From Pyrinomonadaceae bacterium (lineage in GTDB: Bacteria; Acidobacteriota; Blastocatellia; Pyrinomonadales; Pyrinomonadaceae): a DNA stretch of 24,000 nucleotides. Location of the stretch: NCBI GenBank assembly GCA_041394795.1, contig JAWKHN010000007.1, positions 184,254 to 208,253 of the forward strand, in the 5' to 3' direction. The position numbers and the translations under genes were made by a program. Under the pieces are notes generated by a model. It did not search any database, was not told the DNA's origin, and saw only the letters and a list, made by a program, of their open reading frames with translations. Shown piece after piece: positions 7,539-16,190 of the stretch; position 1 is the first letter of the stretch; every line of letters starts with the position of its first letter.

Positions 7539-10244
7539 ATGAGCAATTTAAAAAGAGTTTTTTTGATCGACAGCATGTCGCACATTTTCAGGGCGTTTTT
7601 CGCTCCCATGGGGATGCGTCAGGAGCCGTTAAGAAATAGCAGCGGGCAGATTACCCAAGCCGTCTTTGTGTTTACAAACATGCTTCGAAAGTTGATCGCG
7701 GATGAAAACCCGGATTATGTCGCCGCCATTTTCGACACTCCGGAGCCGACCTTCAGACACGAGGCATTTGAGGATTACAAAGCCAACCGCGAGGAAATGC
7801 CGGAGGATCTCGCGACTCAGCTTCCCTATATCGAGAGGGTTTGCGAAGCGCTCAACATACCGATTCTGCGGATGCCCGGTTATGAAGCCGATGACATCAT
7901 CGGAACGCTCGCCAAACAATGCGAGAAAGAGAAACTTCAAGCGGTTATCGTTTCGAACGACAAGGATCTCTGCCAACTCGTCAAGGATCCGTACGTGATC
8001 TGCATGCGGCAAAATTCGCAGAACATTCGTCGCAAAACGCCGGTACCGCCGGTCGAATGGTGCGACGAGGCGTGGGTTTTAAAGAAGTTCGAGCTCCCTC
8101 CCGACAAAATAATCGACTATCTCGGCTTGATGGGAGACTCGATCGACAACATCCCGGGAGCACCCGGAATTGGCGCCAAGGGCGCCCTCAAAATCATTCA
8201 GGAATTCGGCTCCGCCGAGGAAGCGATGGCCAACGCCGAAAAGGTAAAGCACAAAACCTATCGGGAAAGCCTTCTCAACAATCAGGACATCATCCGGCAG
8301 TCGGTCGAATTGGCGACGATCCACACTCAGGTGCCGGTTGAACTCGATCTTGATCTGCTCAAGCTCGAAGAACCCAACCGGCAAAAGGCCTACGAGCTTT
8401 TCCGCGAGCTTGAGTTCAACACGCTGACGCGCGAATTCGCGGATGCGGCGCCGCTTTTTGACAGCAGCGACGAAGTTTCGGGTTCGACAGGCAGGACGTA
8501 CAACATCATCAAAACCCGTCCTGATTTGGACAAACTGGTTCGGCGCCTTTTTGAAGTCGATAAATGGAGCTTTCACTGCGATCTTGATGGCGAGGCGTTT
8601 TCGGGCTCATACACGACGCCTGAGCCGGTCGGATTGGCGATAAGCTTTGCGCCCGGGGTTTCAACATACATCGATCTGAAGAATTTCGAAGGCGGCAAAG
8701 AGGAGGCTCTTGGCCCGTTGGGCGACATTCTTGCAAACGGATTTCTTGAGAAAACGACATACGACTATAAATGCTCGCTGGCGTCGCTTTCGCGTTTGGG
8801 AATTCATCCCGAAGCGGTTGCCGACGATCTATTGATCGCCGCATATCTCATCGATTCCGGACGTCGAAATTATGAGCTTCGAACTCTTGCCCAACAGTTT
8901 CTCGAACAGGAAATCTCCCCCGAAATTCCGAACGGTTGGAGCGAATCACAATATCGAACGGCGGAGAACGCAGATTTTTCGTTTCAACTGACACCGATCC
9001 TTCGAGGGCAAATCGAAACCGACGATCTTTCCCGAGTTTACGATGAAATCGAAATGCCGTTGATTCCGATCCTATGTGATATGGAAATGCTCGGAATGAA
9101 GGTCGATAAAAGCGTTTTGAAGGAAACCTCCGAGTTTTTGAGCGTAAAGCTCGCGGCGCTGTCGAAATCGATTTTCGAACTCGCTGGACAGGAATTCAAC
9201 ATCAATTCCCCAAAGCAGGTTGGGGAAGTGCTTCAGGATCTGAATATCGAAACGAAGTACAAAACTCCGACCGGCAAAATATCGACCAGCAAGGACGCGC
9301 TGTTTGAGATCGGCCAAACATATCCGATCGCGAATGAAATCGTTGAATACCGCGAACTAGACAAACTGAAATCAACCTACGCGGATTCGCTGCCGCAATT
9401 GATTCGCGAAGACGGCCGTATCCACGGCACTCTGAATCAAACGGTTGCTGCAACGGGGCGACTGAGTTCGACCGATCCCAATCTGCAGAACATCCCGATA
9501 AGAACCGAAATCGGCAAGCAGATTCGAAAGGCGTTTATTGCCGATGAAGGAAAAATCCTGGTTTCGGCCGACTATTCGCAGTTGGAGTTGCGGATCATCG
9601 CCCACATTACGGGCGACGAAGTGATGCGCGAGGCTTTCAAAAACAACGAGGACATCCACTCCAAAACCGCTCAATTGGTATTTGGCGCGACTTCAGAGGA
9701 GGAGCTCAAGGAAAAACGCCGGTTGGCGAAGATCGTGAATTTTGGAATCGCCTATGCCGTCGAGGCGTTTGGGCTTTCGCAAAGAGTCGGTATTTCGAGG
9801 ACGGAAGCAAAGGAAGTGATCGCCGAGTATTTTCGTACCTACAAGGGAATCAAGAAATATATGGACGAAACCCCTGAAGTCGCACGCGAACAGGGCTATG
9901 TTTCGACGCTTTACGGACGACGGAGATATCTGCCTTCGATCACCGAAAGAAACTTCGCTCTTCGTGCGAGGGCCGAACGCGAAGCGATCAACATGCCGAT
10001 TCAGGGAACGGCGAGCGATATCGTAAAGATCGCGATGCTGCGTGTCGATAAGGCGCTGAAAAAGGAGAAACTCGAGGCGCGGATGTTGATGCAGGTCCAT
10101 GACGAATTGCTTATCGAGGCGCCGATTGAAGAGCTGGAGAAGGTTCGCGATTTGCTCGTCAGGGAAATGGAAGCGGCGGCGACGCTTGAAGTTCCCTTGA
10201 TCGCAGAAACGGGTTCGGGGCAAAACTGGATGGAATTGAAATAG
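7539..10244 (+). CDS. polA: DNA polymerase I (901 aa): 5'-3' exonuclease, 3'-5' exo-like domain and family A polymerase domain.
   Basis: I place the start at ATG 7539 (MSNLKRVFLIDSMSHIFRAFFA, the typical PolI 5'-nuclease N-terminus). The 80 upstream codons in the ORF track are non-homologous. Polymerase motifs are present: A (VSADYSQLELRIIAH), B (RRLAKIVNFGIAYAVEAFGLS) and C (LMQVHDELLIEAP). Confidence 0.93.
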   Translation: MSNLKRVFLIDSMSHIFRAFFAPMGMRQEPLRNSSGQITQAVFVFTNMLRKLIADENPDYVAAIFDTPEPTFRHEAFEDYKANREEMPEDLATQLPYIERVCEALNIPILRMPGYEADDIIGTLAKQCEKEKLQAVIVSNDKDLCQLVKDPYVICMRQNSQNIRRKTPVPPVEWCDEAWVLKKFELPPDKIIDYLGLMGDSIDNIPGAPGIGAKGALKIIQEFGSAEEAMANAEKVKHKTYRESLLNNQDIIRQSVELATIHTQVPVELDLDLLKLEEPNRQKAYELFRELEFNTLTREFADAAPLFDSSDEVSGSTGRTYNIIKTRPDLDKLVRRLFEVDKWSFHCDLDGEAFSGSYTTPEPVGLAISFAPGVSTYIDLKNFEGGKEEALGPLGDILANGFLEKTTYDYKCSLASLSRLGIHPEAVADDLLIAAYLIDSGRRNYELRTLAQQFLEQEISPEIPNGWSESQYRTAENADFSFQLTPILRGQIETDDLSRVYDEIEMPLIPILCDMEMLGMKVDKSVLKETSEFLSVKLAALSKSIFELAGQEFNINSPKQVGEVLQDLNIETKYKTPTGKISTSKDALFEIGQTYPIANEIVEYRELDKLKSTYADSLPQLIREDGRIHGTLNQTVAATGRLSSTDPNLQNIPIRTEIGKQIRKAFIADEGKILVSADYSQLELRIIAHITGDEVMREAFKNNEDIHSKTAQLVFGATSEEELKEKRRLAKIVNFGIAYAVEAFGLSQRVGISRTEAKEVIAEYFRTYKGIKKYMDETPEVAREQGYVSTLYGRRRYLPSITERNFALRARAEREAINMPIQGTASDIVKIAMLRVDKALKKEKLEARMLMQVHDELLIEAPIEELEKVRDLLVREMEAAATLEVPLIAETGSGQNWMELK

Positions 10245-10267
10245 TTTTTTCCCAATATTCTTTTTGG

Positions 10268-10298
10268 AGCCGGATTTGAATCATCCGGCTTTTTTTTT
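10268..10298 (+). terminator. Rho-independent terminator of polA.
   Basis: Stem agccggat (10268-10275) pairs with atccggct (10283-10290) around a 7-nt loop, followed by T8 (10291-10298). Confidence 0.8.
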
Positions 10299-10362
10299 GG
10301 TTTTCGGAATAATCTCATTCGGTTTTCGAATTGATGACATTGTGAAACTAAACGGATTGACT

Positions 10363-10869
10363 ATGTACAAGGCAAACGCAACGCTGCTCGAGCTACTGAT
10401 AGCGGAGTTTTCTCGGATTCCGACCTTGCTTGCGCTTCTAACCGACGAGATTTATTTGGAGGGGACGGAAGAGATTTCATCGGTCGGAGTTCACATCAGG
10501 CACAATTTGGATTTTGGGGATGCGCTGATATATGGACTGGAAAACGGGATCGTTGATTATGCCGCCCGTCGCCGTGATCCGTTTACCGAAGGTTCTCGTG
10601 AGGTCGCGCTCAAGCGCACGGAAGAGTTGATTGGAAAATTGAGGCGGATGAGGGAAAGAGAACTTGGCTCGATCGCGGTGCGTTCGGAATTGATCGAAGG
10701 CGAGCATTTGATTTCGACAGCCGATCGCGAAATTGAGTTTGTCCTAAGCCATACGATCCATCATTACGCATTGATCGTCGAACGTCTGCGCGGCAAAGGC
10801 ATCGATCTGCCAAGAGATTTTGGCGTCTCGCATTCGACTCTGCGGTTCCGCCAAGCGACTTCCGGTTGA
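10363..10869 (+). CDS. DinB-superfamily (DinB/YfiT-like four-helix bundle) protein, 168 aa.
   Basis: I place the start at ATG 10363 (MYKANATLLELL...). The upstream part of the ORF-track ORF overlaps the polA terminator. Histidine-containing motifs VHIRHNLDF and LSHTIHHYALIVERL resemble the metal-binding His triad of DinB-like proteins. The call is based on motif resemblance only. Confidence 0.55.
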   Translation: MYKANATLLELLIAEFSRIPTLLALLTDEIYLEGTEEISSVGVHIRHNLDFGDALIYGLENGIVDYAARRRDPFTEGSREVALKRTEELIGKLRRMRERELGSIAVRSELIEGEHLISTADREIEFVLSHTIHHYALIVERLRGKGIDLPRDFGVSHSTLRFRQATSG

Positions 10870-10980
10870 GACAGCGAAAACCTCTTTTGGTTTTCATTCG
10901 AGGTTTATGAATTCCTGGCCGGATTTTCCAACCGCGAAATGCAGGATACATTTGGGAACAAACAACTTTAAGAGGAAATA

Positions 10981-11388
10981 ATGGAAGGAAAGGGATTGAA
11001 AGTTGCCAGTTGGGTGCTGGCGGTGGTTGCGTCGGTGATCTATGTGATCACGCTGTTTTTCAAGTTTACGGCCGCGCCTGAATCCGTGCGTTTGTTTACA
11101 AGACTCGCCGGGCCGGAAATGGAAGGACTTATGAGGGTCGGAACGGGAGTTATGGAACTCATCACATCGATCCTTCTGCTGATACCAAAATCGAGGCCGT
11201 TCGGGGCGTTGGTCTCGCTTGGTGTGATTTCGGGCGCGATTCTCAGTCACTTGTTCGTTTTGGGAATCGTGGTTGAAGATGACGGCGGCGCATTGTTTTT
11301 AATGGCGTGCATCATCTTCACCTGTTCGCCGGGGCTTTTGTTTTTGCACCGGAACAGTTTTCTAAGTCTTCTCAACAAGGGAACCTAA
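10981..11388 (+). CDS. DoxX-like small integral membrane protein (135 aa, 4 TM).
   Basis: A good SD precedes the start (aagAGGAaataATG). Four hydrophobic helices are present. The pattern FKFTAAPESVRLFTRLAGPE...GTGVMELITSILLLIPKSRPFGALVSLGVISGAILSHL is typical of the DoxX/DoxX-like family. Confidence 0.65.
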   Translation: MEGKGLKVASWVLAVVASVIYVITLFFKFTAAPESVRLFTRLAGPEMEGLMRVGTGVMELITSILLLIPKSRPFGALVSLGVISGAILSHLFVLGIVVEDDGGALFLMACIIFTCSPGLLFLHRNSFLSLLNKGT

Positions 11389-11445
11389 CCCTATTCGCTT
11401 GAGGCAAGGCCCCAAACCGTTGGCCTTTGAGTTAGACTTTACTGA

Positions 11446-13086
11446 ATGTCTTCACTGGCCGATTTTCTTGGAAAGGTATTGAGCCTCGATTTTGCCGGAA
11501 TCGAGACGCTTTCCGTTACCGCGATTTTCTTTTTATTCTTTTTCGCGACGTTTGTAACCGAAGACGGCGCCTGTCTTGCAGCCGGAGCATTGGCGGGACA
11601 GGGGCGAGTTTCGCTTTCACTCGCAATCTCCGCCTGCTTTTTCGGGATCGTTGTCGGCGACGTCGGACTATATGCGATCGGCAGGGTTTCGGGAACCGCC
11701 CTTCATTCGTCCAAACTCTTTCGACGATTCGTCTCGATTGAAGCGCTCGAAACCGCGTCCGACTGGCTCGAACAACGCGGAGCGACGGCGATATTTATCA
11801 GCCGCTTTGTAGCCGGGCTTCGTCTCCCGACATATCTCGCCGCTGGTTTCCTAAAGACCAACTTCCTAAAGTTTCTATTCTATTTCCTCGTCGCCGCCGC
11901 GGTTTGGACACCGGCGTTCGTTGGCGCGGCCGCCTACCTACAGAAGTTCGTTTCGCCAAAATACATACTTCTCTCGATACTCGCGCTGTATATCGCGCTT
12001 CATTTCGCTTTCAATCTATCGACCAGGCGTCGAAGGCGATTGTTGCTCGGGCGTTTGAAACGCATTTCGAATTGGGAATTCTGGCCGCTCGCGGTCTTTT
12101 ACGCTCCTGTCGTCATATATATCCTTCTTCTTGCCGTAAAGCACAGAAGCATCACCGTCTTTACCTGCGCCAATCCCTCAATTCCCGGGGGCGGTTTTGT
12201 CGGAGAATCCAAGGAAGAGATTTACAGGGGTCTTGAGGAAAATGGTGCGAACAGCGGTTTTATGCTTCAACGAGCGTTTCTCGAACCTGAAACGGATCCA
12301 GATAAACGGCTCACCCGCGCGAAGGAAGCGCTTGAATCGAATCGGCTTTCCTTCCCCTTGGTCGTAAAACCCGATGCCGGAGAACGCGGAAAAGGCGTGA
12401 AAATCGCGGGAAGTCTCGAAGAATTCGAAACCGTTGTGGTCTCGACCGAAAAGGCGCTGATAATACAGGAATTTGTTGACGGCCCCGAAATTTCGGTTTT
12501 TGCGGTTTCGAATCCGGAAACGGGCAAAACCGAAATTTTCTCAGCGACAAAAAAGTCGATGCCTTTCGTTATCGGAGATGGAATACGGACGCTTGAGGAT
12601 CTGATCCTCGACGATCCGCGTGCCGTCGCGATTGCCGGAAAGTACTTCGAGGCAAATGCCCAAAGGCTTCATGAAATCCCAAAACCCGGTGAAAAGGTAC
12701 GGCTCGTACAAATCGGGACGCATTCCCGCGGCGCCGTTTTTCTCGAAGGCGAGGAATTTGCGACGCCCGATGTCGAAAGCGCGATCGAAGGAATCGTCCG
12801 AAACTACGAGGGATTCTACTTTGGCAGATTTGATCTAAGGGCGGAAGACGAACAAGCGATCAAGGAAGGTCGATTCAAAATCATCGAACTCAACGGAGTA
12901 ACGAGCGAATCGACAAACATCTACGACCCTCGCTACGGCCTCTTGGATGCCTATTCGATACTTTTCAGGCAATGGTCAAAAGCCTTTGAGATCGGAGATA
13001 TCAATTACAAGGCCGGATGCTCGAAGACCCGTTTGCGCGATCTGTTTAAGCCGGTCGCAAGGACGACCCCGAAGAAGGGCTTGTAG
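11446..13086 (+). CDS. Fusion protein (546 aa): N-terminal DedA/VTT (SNARE-associated) membrane domain, polybasic linker, an extra TM helix, and a C-terminal ATP-grasp ligase domain.
   Basis: DedA signatures are FVTEDGACLAAGALAG, GDVGLYAIGRVSG and ISRFVAGLRLPTYLAAG (aa ~35-135). The linker is STRRRRRLLLGRLKR, and the extra TM helix is WPLAVFYAPVVIYILLLAV. ATP-grasp signatures are FPLVVKPDAGERGKGVKI, ALIIQEFVDGPEISVF and GRFDLRA...FKIIELNGVTSESTNIYDP. Confidence 0.8.
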   Translation: MSSLADFLGKVLSLDFAGIETLSVTAIFFLFFFATFVTEDGACLAAGALAGQGRVSLSLAISACFFGIVVGDVGLYAIGRVSGTALHSSKLFRRFVSIEALETASDWLEQRGATAIFISRFVAGLRLPTYLAAGFLKTNFLKFLFYFLVAAAVWTPAFVGAAAYLQKFVSPKYILLSILALYIALHFAFNLSTRRRRRLLLGRLKRISNWEFWPLAVFYAPVVIYILLLAVKHRSITVFTCANPSIPGGGFVGESKEEIYRGLEENGANSGFMLQRAFLEPETDPDKRLTRAKEALESNRLSFPLVVKPDAGERGKGVKIAGSLEEFETVVVSTEKALIIQEFVDGPEISVFAVSNPETGKTEIFSATKKSMPFVIGDGIRTLEDLILDDPRAVAIAGKYFEANAQRLHEIPKPGEKVRLVQIGTHSRGAVFLEGEEFATPDVESAIEGIVRNYEGFYFGRFDLRAEDEQAIKEGRFKIIELNGVTSESTNIYDPRYGLLDAYSILFRQWSKAFEIGDINYKAGCSKTRLRDLFKPVARTTPKKGL

Positions 13087-13188
13087 TCGGGGATACAATG
13101 GAGTTGTAGGAAAAAAATAATCGTTGGCTTTTCGTGAAGATCTCATACCCGCAAGTGGGCCTTCGGATTGAGAATTCGAGATTGGAAG

Positions 13189-13926
13189 ATGTGCATAATT
13201 TTTGTCGCGTATCAGATAAGACATGACTACCCGTTGGTGTTGATCGCCAATCGCGACGAGTTCTATTCGCGACCAACCGCCCCCGCCAAATATTGGACAG
13301 ATCATCCGTATATATATGCGGGCAGGGACCTTATCGGAAACGGCACGTGGCTTGGGGTGACAAACGGAGGGAGGTTTGCGGCGGTTACAAACCATAGAAA
13401 TCCCAAAATGCCAAAAGGCAGTTCAACCCGAGGTTATCTCGTCTCGGACTTTCTCGCTTCGAAAACCTCATGCGAGGACTATTTGGCTAAAGTCGAATCC
13501 GAGGCCGCAAAATACAGCGGTTTTAATCTTCTCGTCGGAGAGGTCTCAAACGACGAAGATGAACTTTGGTACTACTCGAATCGATTCGATGCCGAACCCC
13601 GCAAACTCCATCGCGGAATCTATGGTCTGAGCAACGCGTTTTTGGACACCCCTTGGCCAAAGGTGGAAAAGGGTAGAAGAAAATTCGAAGACTTGCTTTC
13701 CGACATGCATTTCTCGACGGATTCTTATTTCGAACTTCTTTCGAACGAGGAACGAGCGCATTGCGATGAACTTCCCGACACCGGAATCGGTCAAACCGCC
13801 GAACACGCGCTATCGTCAATATTTATTCGAACCCCGGAATACGGAACGCGATCTTCAACCGTGCTTACAATCGATTCGGATTTCATTCCAAGCCTTATCG
13901 AGAAGGTTCACGACTCGGCCGAATAG
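13189..13926 (+). CDS. NRDE-family (TANGO2/DUF833-like) protein, 245 aa.
   Basis: I place the start at ATG 13189, preceded by ggaag. The protein starts MCIIFVAY (Cys2, as in N-terminal-nucleophile-type folds). It contains the literal family signature LVLIANRDEFYSRPT, followed by GRDLIGNGTWLGVTNGGRFAAVTNHRN. Confidence 0.8.
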   Translation: MCIIFVAYQIRHDYPLVLIANRDEFYSRPTAPAKYWTDHPYIYAGRDLIGNGTWLGVTNGGRFAAVTNHRNPKMPKGSSTRGYLVSDFLASKTSCEDYLAKVESEAAKYSGFNLLVGEVSNDEDELWYYSNRFDAEPRKLHRGIYGLSNAFLDTPWPKVEKGRRKFEDLLSDMHFSTDSYFELLSNEERAHCDELPDTGIGQTAEHALSSIFIRTPEYGTRSSTVLTIDSDFIPSLIEKVHDSAE

Positions 13927-13954
13927 TTCCCGCTGGTTCCTTCAAAGCGGCCGC

Positions 13955-15805
13955 TTATTCCTGTTCCTCTGTGATCCCGGCGGCCTGCCTTTGCCGCTCA
14001 AAATGTCCGGCGATCTCGATCGCGGTCGTCGCGCCGACGATCGGTTTTAGGTCGTTTACGCTTGCCTTTGCGATTCTCTCGATCGAGCCAAACGTCTTGA
14101 GAAGCCTTCTTCGCCGAGTCGGTCCGACGCCGGGTATGAGTTCAAGCTCGGATGAAAAGTCGCGCATCTCTCGCCGTTTCCTATGATATTGAATCGCGAC
14201 CCGGTGCGTCTCGTCGCGAATTTCCTGAATCAGGCGAAACATCGGCGAGGTTGGGTCAAACTCAACCGGCTCTTCCTCTCGGCCGTAAACGATTAGGTGG
14301 GAAATCTCGCTGTGCCTTTTTGGCGGTTTTACAAGCCCGACCAACGGGATCGCGGCGAGTTCCAGGTCGCGCATCGCCGCCGCGGCGGCCGAAAGCTGTC
14401 CCTTTCCGCCATCGATAAAGATCAGGTTTGGCAATGCCTTGTTTTCTTCGAGCTTTCTTCTGTATCTTCTGAAAACCGCTTCGTTCATCGAACCGAAATC
14501 ATCCTGACCCTCGATCGTCTTGATTTTATAGCGCCGGTATTCGCTGCGGTTTGGTTTTCCGTTTTCGAACGCGACTATTCCGGCGACGTTTTCAGATCCC
14601 TGAATGTTTGAGATGTCGAAAGACTCTATTAACTTTGGAAGGTGCGGCAACTCGAGTGTTTCCTGCATGTCCTGCAAGAGCTTTTCTGTTTTTGGCTTTA
14701 AGACGCGGAACCTCTGTTCGTATGCCACCCGCGCGTTCATCTCGACGAGTTCGATCATTCGCTTTTTCTCGCCTTTTTGCGGCACCAAAATCTTCACCAC
14801 ACGACCCCGTCTTTCGGTAAGCGCCTTCTCAAGAGTTTTCCGATCGCCGAAATCCAGCGGCACACTGATCTCAAGAGGCACATAATCGGTCGAGTAGTAT
14901 TGCGACAACACCTCGCCGAGAAAATCCGCGACTTCGAAATCCTCTTCTTCGAGGTCTTCCCAAAAGAACTCGCGCCTTCCGATAACTTTGCCCTCGCGCA
15001 TCGTGAAGAGCTGAAGCGCGAGACTGTTTCCCTTTTTGTAAAAGCCAAAGATATCGACATCCCTCTCCGGCGATGTCGCCATCTTTTGGTTGGCCTCGAG
15101 TGCCAGGACAGTTTTGGAAAGATCCCTGTATTTCGCCGCGATCTCAAAATTCTCAATCTCGGCAAAATGCCACATCCTCGCCTCAAGCTCGGCCGCGAGT
15201 TCCTGATTCTTGCCATCCATCAAAAGAATCGCATCGCTTACCGCCTCTTTGTATTCGGCAGGACTGCACAGGCTTCTTACGCACGGACCGAGGCATCGTT
15301 TGAGATGGTATTCAAGACACGGCCGCTGCATCTTGCCGTCGAGTTCGAGCGTGCATGTCCGTAGCTGAAATGTACGATTGATCAGATTGAGAGTCCGTCT
15401 CGCGAGATTCGCCGGCAAAAAGGGTCCGTAGTATTTGGCGCCGTCTTTGAGGAGTTTTCTTGTGATCACAACCTTTGGATACTCTTCTTTTGTGATCTTC
15501 AAATGCGGATATTGCTTGTCGTCCTTTAGAAAGACGTTGTATCGCGGCTTGTGTTTCTTGACGAGGTTGGCCTCGAGTACGAGCGCCTCGACCTCGTTGT
15601 CAACAACGATGAATTCAAAGTCAGCGATACGCTCCATCAAACGACGCGTTTTGTAATCCTTGTGTTTCGTCGATTGGAAATACTGCCTGACCCTGTTGCG
15701 GAGGTTCTTCGCCTTGCCGATATAGATGATCCTGCCCTTCTCATTCTTGTGTATGTAAACACCGGGTTTCGCTGGAAGGTTCTTGAGTTTTTCGGCGAGT
15801 TCCAT
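13955..15805 (-). CDS. uvrC: Excinuclease ABC subunit C (616 aa).
   Basis: An N-terminal GIY-YIG domain is present (KPGVYIHKNEKGRIIYIGKAKNLRNRVRQYF). A UVR-domain region and an RNase H-like endonuclease region follow. The C-terminus carries (HhH)2: LELIPGVGPTRRRRLLKTFGSIERIAKASVNDL. Confidence 0.93.
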   Translation of the reverse strand: MELAEKLKNLPAKPGVYIHKNEKGRIIYIGKAKNLRNRVRQYFQSTKHKDYKTRRLMERIADFEFIVVDNEVEALVLEANLVKKHKPRYNVFLKDDKQYPHLKITKEEYPKVVITRKLLKDGAKYYGPFLPANLARRTLNLINRTFQLRTCTLELDGKMQRPCLEYHLKRCLGPCVRSLCSPAEYKEAVSDAILLMDGKNQELAAELEARMWHFAEIENFEIAAKYRDLSKTVLALEANQKMATSPERDVDIFGFYKKGNSLALQLFTMREGKVIGRREFFWEDLEEEDFEVADFLGEVLSQYYSTDYVPLEISVPLDFGDRKTLEKALTERRGRVVKILVPQKGEKKRMIELVEMNARVAYEQRFRVLKPKTEKLLQDMQETLELPHLPKLIESFDISNIQGSENVAGIVAFENGKPNRSEYRRYKIKTIEGQDDFGSMNEAVFRRYRRKLEENKALPNLIFIDGGKGQLSAAAAAMRDLELAAIPLVGLVKPPKRHSEISHLIVYGREEEPVEFDPTSPMFRLIQEIRDETHRVAIQYHRKRREMRDFSSELELIPGVGPTRRRRLLKTFGSIERIAKASVNDLKPIVGATTAIEIAGHFERQRQAAGITEEQE

Positions 15806-15851
15806 GGTTTCAATCTTACATTAACGGGATGGGATGTGTACGTCCGGAAGA

Positions 15852-15879
15852 GTTCCAAGTTCCATGTTCCAAGTTCCAG
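15852..15879. repeat. Tandem heptad array, 4 x GTTCCAN (GTTCCAA GTTCCAT GTTCCAA GTTCCAG).
   Basis: I read this directly from the sequence. It lies 47-74 nt upstream of the uvrC ATG and abuts copy 1 of the 171-bp repeat. GTTCCAAG recurs just after copy 1 (~16057), ATTCCAT just after copy 2, and GTTCCAA upstream of the Rad50-like gene (~17549). Confidence 0.9.
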
Positions 15880-16047
15880 AGTTGAGTCGACTTTAAGGGG
15901 TCGATCTTCTTCCAAAATCCGGAAATTCCTATTCGGACGCGTAGCGTCACGTAGATTTTAGCCGTGGATGGAGCGGCTTTGCGCGGAATCCACGGTAAAC
16001 GCAAAAACAACGTTCGCGCCGGGTACCGGCGCGGAGAAACGCCCGTA
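15877..16047. repeat. Copy 1 of a ~171-bp non-coding direct repeat.
   Basis: The stretch cagagttgagtc...ggcgcggagaaacgcccgta aligns without gaps to 16212-16382, with 11 mismatches in 171 nt (~94% identity). It contains conserved hairpins: gacgc-gta-gcgtc, ccgtggat...atccacgg, and cgcgccgg-gta-ccggcgcg. Confidence 0.9.
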
Positions 16048-16190
16048 TTTGCTGCGTTCCAAGCGCCAATGATTTGCAGGGATACTGTTTGCGGCTCGCA
16101 CCCGGGGGTTGCTACCCCTGGCTATTATCCCCTTGACGGCCGCGCGACAGAAGTGGAAATTCCGAACATTTTTACAACTTATTCCTTTGA

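Noticed and set aside
8580-8975. Non-canonical 3'-5' exonuclease motifs in PolI: CDLDGE versus E. coli DTETD, and YRTAENAD versus YAAEDAD.
   Set aside because: The substitutions are acid-for-acid or depend on the alignment. By eye I cannot decide whether proofreading is lost. Many PolI enzymes lack it, so novelty is low.
13945-13956. Perfect 12-bp palindrome AAGCGGCCGCTT between convergent genes, overlapping the uvrC stop. It was considered as a bidirectional terminator.
   Set aside because: It can form only a ~4-bp stem with a 4-nt loop and has no U-tract on either strand. It is most likely coincidental and contains a NotI site.
15852-15879. The heptad array as a LexA/SOS box of the GTTC-N7-GTTC type.
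   Set aside because: The GTTC spacing is N3 (or N10 for alternate units), not N7. I kept the array as an unexplained repeat in the findings, not as an SOS box.
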